From NCBI GenBank assembly GCA_947169825.1, contig CAMVRE010000002.1, positions 1,248 through 65,247 on the forward strand: a stretch of 64,000 nucleotides of DNA. The letters run 5' to 3'. Below, in pieces: positions 58,482 to 64,000 of this stretch (position 1 is the first letter of the stretch; the number at the start of each line of letters is the position of its first letter). Below the pieces are notes generated by a model. That model searched no databases. It was not told the origin of the DNA and was given only the letters and a program-made list of their open reading frames with translations. This DNA comes from an uncultured Verrucomicrobiota bacterium (GTDB lineage Bacteria; Verrucomicrobiota; Kiritimatiellia; RFP12; UBA3636). The position numbers were made by a program, and so were the translations under genes.

Positions 58482-59192
58482 TCAGGGGATCCCGTTTGTG
58501 ATGCGAAGCATGCATTCGCCGTATTTGGAGAACGATCGGAGGCGGAGCCCGGCGCCCTGCAGCGCCTCCGACCACCGCGGCGGCGCTCCGCCGCGGTTCT
58601 TGAATTCGCAGACCAGCGCGTCGAGCGCGACGGGCGCGGCCCAGGGGAAGCGCTCCTCGTTCGGGAAGCCCTCGACGTTCCAGTCGACGGACACGCGGCT
58701 CCCGTTCTCGAGGTCGTTGTAGCGGACGCGGTCGTATTCGATCCGGCAGACCGGCGCCCACTCCGGCCCGACCGGCTCGCCGAGCGCCTCCGCGTGCGCC
58801 GCGAAGAGCGCCGGCCAGCGCGGGTCGGCGAGCGGCGCGCGCAGCAGCAGGTCCGTCGGCGCGCGGACCTCGGCGCGGACCTTGTTCCGCGCGGATCCGA
58901 TGCGGTGCTTGAGCTCGAGGAAGACCGGCGTCTCCGGCCCGGCGAGGTCCTCCGGCCGCCCGTACCAGCGCGCGCGCACCTTGCACTTGAGGTTGTCGCC
59001 GTCGTCCTTCTCGCGCCACGCGCGGAGCCCCGGCGTGTCGAAGTAGACGCTGTTGATCCGCCCCGTCTCGTGGTAGCGGTCCGGCAGCAGCCGCGCGTCC
59101 AGCAGCGCCAGCACGAACGGCAGGTCGCGCGCGTCGCCCACGAACTTGCGCTCGTTGACGAGATCGGGCTTCTGGGAGACGAGACCGGGCAT
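58482..59192 (-). CDS. VTC-domain (polyphosphate-polymerase-like) protein
   Basis: Track ORF 58482-59807, trimmed to ATG 59192 (MPGLVSQKPDLVNERKFVGD...). NSVYFDTP, KVRARWY, FLELKHR and RIEYDRVRY follow the VTC-domain pattern. Confidence 0.75.
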   Translation of the reverse strand: MPGLVSQKPDLVNERKFVGDARDLPFVLALLDARLLPDRYHETGRINSVYFDTPGLRAWREKDDGDNLKCKVRARWYGRPEDLAGPETPVFLELKHRIGSARNKVRAEVRAPTDLLLRAPLADPRWPALFAAHAEALGEPVGPEWAPVCRIEYDRVRYNDLENGSRVSVDWNVEGFPNEERFPWAAPVALDALVCEFKNRGGAPPRWSEALQGAGLRLRSFSKYGECMLRITNGIP

Positions 59193-59206
59193 CGTTCGCT
59201 CCCGCG

Positions 59207-59713
59207 TCACCTCCGTGCCGGCAGGTCCCGGACGACGAGGATCTCCTCCGTCCGGACGGCCTGGTTGCGGCGGGGCGCGCGAATCTTCTCCTGGAGCGTC
59301 CGGAGGATCCGGAGCTCGACGGGGTTCGCTTCCGGATGGGAGTCGATCAGGTCGCCGAGCGTCACCTCGAGCTTCTCGATGGTGACGGCGTCCTGCAGCG
59401 AGAGAAGGTTGCGGCCGGGCGCGATCTCGACGAGCGTCAGCCACGGGATGGCGGCCAGGAGGCGGCTTTTCGGGACGACCAGCAGCGTCTCGTCCTTCGC
59501 CACGCGAAGCTCGCCGACCGATTCCCCGGTCGCGGTCTCCGAGCCGGAGAGCGCCGTCTCGACGGCCTTCACGACGGCCTTTGCCCGGTCCGCGTCGATC
59601 GCCTCGAGCCATTTGAGGATCCGGTCGGGAAGCGTGATCGTGACCGGATGGCTCGGTTCGTCGAACTTGGCGGGGCGCCCGCCCCTTCCGATTTCTCGTG
59701 TCTTCGTCTTCAT
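59207..59713 (-). CDS. Hypothetical 168-aa protein
   Basis: Track ORF 59207-59755, trimmed to ATG 59713 (MKTKTREIGRGGRPAKFDEPSHPVTITLPDRILKWLEAID...). No motif recognised and the start is uncertain. Confidence 0.5.
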   Translation of the reverse strand: MKTKTREIGRGGRPAKFDEPSHPVTITLPDRILKWLEAIDADRAKAVVKAVETALSGSETATGESVGELRVAKDETLLVVPKSRLLAAIPWLTLVEIAPGRNLLSLQDAVTIEKLEVTLGDLIDSHPEANPVELRILRTLQEKIRAPRRNQAVRTEEILVVRDLPARR

Positions 59714-59778
59714 GGTGTTGCGCGGACGGCGTGGCCCGCGATCGCCCGGAGGCATCCTTTTTTCTCGGTTGCGGGGAT

Positions 59779-59807
59779 AATTTATGTTGAAATGGATTTG
59801 AAGTCAA
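59779..59807 (-). promoter_or_regulatory. Sigma70-like promoter TTGACT-N17-TAAATT in the AT-rich divergent intergenic region
   Basis: Minus strand: TTGACT (comp. 59802-59807), a 17-nt spacer, TAAATT (comp. 59779-59784). It heads the long minus-strand gene run. Confidence 0.4.
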
Positions 59808-59880
59808 GTTTTTTCATAAAAACCAGATCGCTTGCCTGCGGCGGCGTTCGGTGGTATGCTCCGGCGAAGAAGGAACGCAC

Positions 59881-60720
59881 ATGAAAGTCTGCCGCACCAA
59901 GAAGTCCCTCTCCGCCCTGTCCGCCGCCTGGCACCGGGCCGGAGAGACCGTCGCCCTCGTCCCCACGATGGGCTTCCTGCACGAGGGGCACCTCTCCCTC
60001 GTCCGCCTCGCGAAGAAGAAGGCGAGGCGCGTCGTCGTCTCCGTCTTCGTGAACCCGACCCAGTTCGGGCCGAACGAGGACTTCGCGCAGTATCCGCGCG
60101 ACGAGCGGCGCGACTTCGCGCTCCTGCGCGCCGAGGGGGTCGACGCCGTCTTCGCCCCGACCCCGGAGGAGATGTACGGCGCGGAGGCGACCGTCTCGCT
60201 CGTCGAGTCGAAGCTCTCGAAGGTGATGTGCGGCGCGTTCCGCCCCATCCACTTCGCCGGCGTCCTCACGGTCGTGCTGAAGCTCTTCAACGCCTCCCGC
60301 GCCGACGTGGCGGTGTTCGGACGCAAGGACGCGCAGCAGCTCGCCGTCATCCGCCGGATGGTGCGCGACCTCGACGTCCCGGTGCGGATCGTCGGCGCGC
60401 CGCTCGTCCGCGAGAAGGACGGCCTCGCGCTCTCCTCGCGCAACACCTACCTCTCGCCCGCCGAGCACGAGCGCGCGCTCGCGCTGCACGAGGCGCTCGA
60501 CGAGGCCGAGGCCGACTACAAGGCCGGCCGCACCGACCCGAGGCGCTCGGTCGCGAAGATCGAGAAGGCGCTCGCGAAGGCGTGCGACAGGGTCGACTAC
60601 GTCGTCGCCGTCGACGCCGACACGCTCGAGCCCGTGAAGAAACTCGGCCCGAACACCCTCCTCGCCCTCGCCGCCTACGTCGGGAAGACCCGCCTCATCG
60701 ACAACCACGTCCTCCGCTAG
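59881..60720 (+). CDS. panC: Pantoate--beta-alanine ligase
   Basis: Track ORF 59851-60720, trimmed to MKVCRTKKSL... VALVPTMGFLHEGHLSLV, VVSVFVNPTQFGPNEDF, FGRKDAQQ, REKDGLALSSRN. Confidence 0.9.
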   Translation: MKVCRTKKSLSALSAAWHRAGETVALVPTMGFLHEGHLSLVRLAKKKARRVVVSVFVNPTQFGPNEDFAQYPRDERRDFALLRAEGVDAVFAPTPEEMYGAEATVSLVESKLSKVMCGAFRPIHFAGVLTVVLKLFNASRADVAVFGRKDAQQLAVIRRMVRDLDVPVRIVGAPLVREKDGLALSSRNTYLSPAEHERALALHEALDEAEADYKAGRTDPRRSVAKIEKALAKACDRVDYVVAVDADTLEPVKKLGPNTLLALAAYVGKTRLIDNHVLR

Positions 60721-62981
60721 TGCCGCCAGCCGCGCCCCGCCAGAACGCCCCGACCGAGTCGCTCGCCGGCTCGGTGAAGAGCGTCGTCTTCCACAACGAG
60801 GAGACGGGCTGGTTCGTCGCCACGGTCGCCGTCGACGGCGGCGCGCCTGGCGGCGGCGAGACGGCGCAGCTCGTCGGCAAGTGCCCCACGATCTGGCAGG
60901 GCGAGGAGATCCGCGCCGTCGGCTCGTGGCGGCAGCACCCGACGCACGGGCTCGAGTTCGAGGCGACCGCCGTCGAGTGCGTCGCCCCCACCTCCGCGCG
61001 CGGCATCGAGCGGTATCTGGCGAGCGGGATCGTCCGCGGCATTGGCGAGAAGTGGGCGAAGAAGATCGTCGAGCGGTTCGGAGAGAACACGCTCGACGTG
61101 CTTGAGCGCGACTCCGGCCGCCTGGCGGAGGTGAAGGGCCTCGGCCCGGCGCGCCGCGCGGCGATCAAGCGCGCCTGGGAGGCGAACCGCGGCACGCGCG
61201 ACGCGATGATCTTCCTGCAGGGCCACGGCATCACGACCGGCGCGTCGGCCAAGATCTACCGCCAGTACGGCGCCAACACCGTCGCGACGGTGAAGCAGAA
61301 CCCCTACCGCCTCTGCGCGGACATCGACGGCATCGGGTTCCTCAAGGCCGACGAGATCGCGCGCAAGGTCGGCATCGAGCGGGATTCGCCGCTGCGCGCC
61401 CGCGCCGGGCTCTACCACACGCTCCAGACGCTCGCCGAGGAGGGCCACTGCTACTGCGAGAGGCCCGAGCTGCTGCTCGTCGCCGGGAACCTGCTCGGCA
61501 TCTCCGTCGACATCCTCGAGGCGGCGCTCGCCGAGGAGCTCGAGGGCTCGCGCCTCGCGGACGACGGCGGCCGCATCTACCTGCGGCGCCTCCTGCGCGC
61601 CGAGCGCCGCGTGGCGGGGTGCGTCCTCGCGATCCTCGACACGCGGCCCTCGTTCCGGCCGATCGACGTCCCCGCCGCGCTCGCGTGGGTCTCGCGCAAG
61701 CTCTCCTTCGAGCTCTCGCCGGCCCAGCGCAAGGCCGTCGAGATGGCGCTCGGGAGCAAGTTCTCGGTCGTGACCGGCGGCCCCGGCGTCGGCAAGACGA
61801 CGATCATCCGCGCGCTGCTCGACGTCTGGCGCGCGCGCGGCCTGCGCGTCTCGCTCGTCGCGCCGACCGGCCGCGCCGCGCGCCGCATGGCCGAGTCGAC
61901 CGGCGGCGAGGCGAGTACCGTCCACCGCCTCCTCAAGTGGAACCCGCAGAAGGGCGGCTTCGTCCACAACGCCGAGAACCCGCTCGACGCCGACGTCTTC
62001 GTCGTCGACGAGAGCTCGATGCTCGACGTCGAGCTCGCCGCGTCGCTGCTCTCGGCCGTGAAGCCCTCCTCGGCCGTCGTCCTCGTCGGCGACACCGACC
62101 AGCTCCCCTCCGTCGGCCCGGGCAACGTCCTGCGCGACATCATCGCCTCGGGCGTCGTCCCCTACGCGCGCCTCGACTTCATCTTCCGCCAGAAGAGCGG
62201 CGGCTGGATCGTCCGCAACGCCCACCGCGTGAACCAGGGCGAGGGCTTCCTGCTTCCGCCCGCGGGCGAGCCCTCCGACTTCTTCTTCGTCCCGTGCGAG
62301 GACCCGTCGCGCACGCTCGCGCTCGTCCTGGAGCTCGTCGAGCACCGCATCCCGCGGCGCTACAACCTCTCGCCGCTCGCGGACATCCAGGTCCTCACGC
62401 CGATGCGCAAGAACGACCTGGGGACCGAGAACCTCAACGCCGTGCTGCAGCGCGCGCTCAACCCCTCGGGGCCCGCGCTGCAGCGCTTCGGGCGCGCCTA
62501 CCGCGTCGGCGACCGCGTGATGCAGATCCGCAACGACTACGACAAGGACGTCTTCAACGGCGACATCGGGTTCGTCCGGACCGTCTCGCCCGACGGCTCC
62601 TCGCTCGACGTGGACTTCGACGGCCGGATCGTGGTCTACGCCGCCTCGGAGCTCGACGCGCTCGTGCACGCCTACGCGACGAGCATCCACAAGTCGCAGG
62701 GCAGCGAATACCCGGCCGTGGTGATCGTCGTGGCGAACCAGCACTACGTCCTGCTGGAGCGCAACCTGCTCTACACGGCGATCACGCGCGGGCGGAAGCT
62801 CGTGTGCGTCGTGGGCTCGCGCTTCGCGGTGAAGAAGGCGATCGAGACGACCACGACGCGCGAGCGCCACACCGCGCTGGCCGACCGCCTCCGCTCCCCC
62901 GGCGGCCGCCTTCCGCCCCTCGCCCCCGTCCCGCAGGACGCGAAGGCGCCGCTCGCGCCGGCCGACGCCCCGCACGCATAG
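60720..62981 (+). CDS. recD2: RecD2-like SF1B ATP-dependent DNA helicase
   Basis: In frame with track ORF 59832-62981. The proposed GTG start at 60720 overlaps the panC stop (TAGTG). N-terminal OB-like GSVKSVVFHNEETGWFVA, HhH region LAEVKGLGPARRAAI, VVTGGPGVGKTT, LVAPTGRAARRM, VFVVDESSMLD, LVGDTDQLPSVGPG, ATSIHKSQGSEY, LYTAITRG. Confidence 0.85.
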   Translation: MPPAAPRQNAPTESLAGSVKSVVFHNEETGWFVATVAVDGGAPGGGETAQLVGKCPTIWQGEEIRAVGSWRQHPTHGLEFEATAVECVAPTSARGIERYLASGIVRGIGEKWAKKIVERFGENTLDVLERDSGRLAEVKGLGPARRAAIKRAWEANRGTRDAMIFLQGHGITTGASAKIYRQYGANTVATVKQNPYRLCADIDGIGFLKADEIARKVGIERDSPLRARAGLYHTLQTLAEEGHCYCERPELLLVAGNLLGISVDILEAALAEELEGSRLADDGGRIYLRRLLRAERRVAGCVLAILDTRPSFRPIDVPAALAWVSRKLSFELSPAQRKAVEMALGSKFSVVTGGPGVGKTTIIRALLDVWRARGLRVSLVAPTGRAARRMAESTGGEASTVHRLLKWNPQKGGFVHNAENPLDADVFVVDESSMLDVELAASLLSAVKPSSAVVLVGDTDQLPSVGPGNVLRDIIASGVVPYARLDFIFRQKSGGWIVRNAHRVNQGEGFLLPPAGEPSDFFFVPCEDPSRTLALVLELVEHRIPRRYNLSPLADIQVLTPMRKNDLGTENLNAVLQRALNPSGPALQRFGRAYRVGDRVMQIRNDYDKDVFNGDIGFVRTVSPDGSSLDVDFDGRIVVYAASELDALVHAYATSIHKSQGSEYPAVVIVVANQHYVLLERNLLYTAITRGRKLVCVVGSRFAVKKAIETTTTRERHTALADRLRSPGGRLPPLAPVPQDAKAPLAPADAPHA

Positions 62982-62990
62982 AGAATCCGG

Positions 62991-64000
62991 ATGAACCCCG
63001 TCACGCTCAAGGAGCTGCGCCAGCTCACCCGCTCCCGCACGATCGCCGGCGCGATCGTCGGGTTCTTCCTCGTCCAGCTGCTCGCCGCGGCCCTCGTCGT
63101 CGTCGCGGAGACGAATTCGCACGGCGAGCTCGACGACGACTGCGGCGAGATGGTCTTCGCCTGGCTCGCCGCCCTCCTCGGTCCGATCCTCGCCTTCGTC
63201 GTCCCCGGCAACATCTTCTCGCGCCTCGTCTCGGAGCACGGCCCCGGGCGCGCGGAGCTGCTCGCCGCCACCGCCCTGCGCCCCTCCGCCCTCGTCGACG
63301 GCAAGATCCGCTCCGGCCTCGCGATGCTCGCGCTCTTCCTCGCCGGCGCGCTGCCGTTCCTGCTCTGCTCCTACCTGCTCGGCGGCGTCGACGTTCTCTT
63401 CGTGCTCTCCTGGACCCTCGCCGTCGCCGTCTGCGCCTCGACCGCCGTCCACCTCTCGCTCTTCCTCGGCTCGCTCCGCCTCTCCGCCCCCTTCCGCTGG
63501 TGCATCTGGGCCTTCTGCGCCATCCCCTGCATCCCCTTCGCCGTCCTCTCCGCGACCGGCTACGAGGAACTCGACTGGAACGAATGGGATTGGATTCTGC
63601 CCATGGCGGGACTTTTCGTCACCGCGAACTTCCTCCTCCGCGGCCTCGCCATCGCCCTCCTCGCCCCGCCCGCCACCGACCGCGTCCGCCCGCTGCGCCT
63701 CACCGCCGCCGCGCTGTGGCTCGCCTGGCTCGCGGTCATTGTCCTCCTGTCGCTCCATGGCAACACCGGGACGTCGTCCGTCGTCGAAGACATCGTGATG
63801 CTCCTGTCCTTCGCGGGCGTGGAAGTCCTCGCGCTCGCGGCGTTCGACCTTTCCTCGCCCTCCGGCCCCACGCGCCGCGTCCTGCTCGACCGCCCGCGCT
63901 CGCGCCTGCGCCGGTTGCTGCGCTTCCCCTTCACGACGGGCGCCGAAAGCGGCCTCGCCTTCGCGCTGCTGTTCCTCGGCACCGGTGCGGCGGTCGCCGG
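62991..64000 (+). CDS. Polytopic membrane protein, possibly ABC-2-type permease-like; continues past the window end
   Basis: Not in the track because it has no stop. ATG 62991 reads MNPVTLKELRQLTRSRTIAGAIVGFFLVQLLAAALVVV... and stays open through 64000, with strong third-position G/C and several hydrophobic helices. Confidence 0.6.
   Translation, partial: MNPVTLKELRQLTRSRTIAGAIVGFFLVQLLAAALVVVAETNSHGELDDDCGEMVFAWLAALLGPILAFVVPGNIFSRLVSEHGPGRAELLAATALRPSALVDGKIRSGLAMLALFLAGALPFLLCSYLLGGVDVLFVLSWTLAVAVCASTAVHLSLFLGSLRLSAPFRWCIWAFCAIPCIPFAVLSATGYEELDWNEWDWILPMAGLFVTANFLLRGLAIALLAPPATDRVRPLRLTAAALWLAWLAVIVLLSLHGNTGTSSVVEDIVMLLSFAGVEVLALAAFDLSSPSGPTRRVLLDRPRSRLRRLLRFPFTTGAESGLAFALLFLGTGAAVA

Overview
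High-GC bacterial chromosome segment (G+C judged by eye, not computed). The gene content (several FGE/SUMF1-domain paralogues, ECF sigma plus Ser/Thr kinase, GT9, RND pump) suggests a PVC-group organism, but that is inference only. I call 41 intact CDSs, 38 of them on the minus strand; orientation flips at about 59.75 kb. Housekeeping-like content: recC-recB-recD, a single-polypeptide SbcD-SbcC fusion, one NAD-type and one ATP-type DNA ligase, a RecD2-like helicase, panC, fabD, an RND efflux pair, an ECF sigma/STK pair and a VTC-DUF4956-CotH trio. Accessory content: three visibly AT-rich gene islands (a PD-(D/E)xK nuclease, an 839-aa nuclease-like/N6-methyltransferase fusion, a 306-aa unknown), a SLOG/YpsA-like three-gene operon, and a GIY-YIG plus DUF6884-like pair. 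It also includes a radical-SAM/SPASM RiPP-like operon with an untracked 42-aa precursor ORF, four paralogues of a 24-residue W..LL..QPQF...CDW repeat protein, three FGE-domain proteins (one with permuted domain order) and three fragments of DUF4143-type ATPase genes. Intergenic DNA is a mosaic of at least seven recurrent GC-rich palindromic repeat families. One family is a portable promoter + leader + RBS module in front of five unrelated accessory genes. Another is an 11-unit array of CCCGTCATT alternating with mini-hairpins. The strongest candidate for a new system is a ~17-kb tightly coupled minus-strand operon: a permuted FGE protein, an unknown 235-aa protein and an ATP-dependent ligase sit directly in front of SbcDC-RecC-RecB-RecD. 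I recognised no rRNA, tRNA, CRISPR, transposase or integrase. All calls come from manual reading of the sequence and ORF track; no database search or computation was run, and family names are motif-level recognitions.
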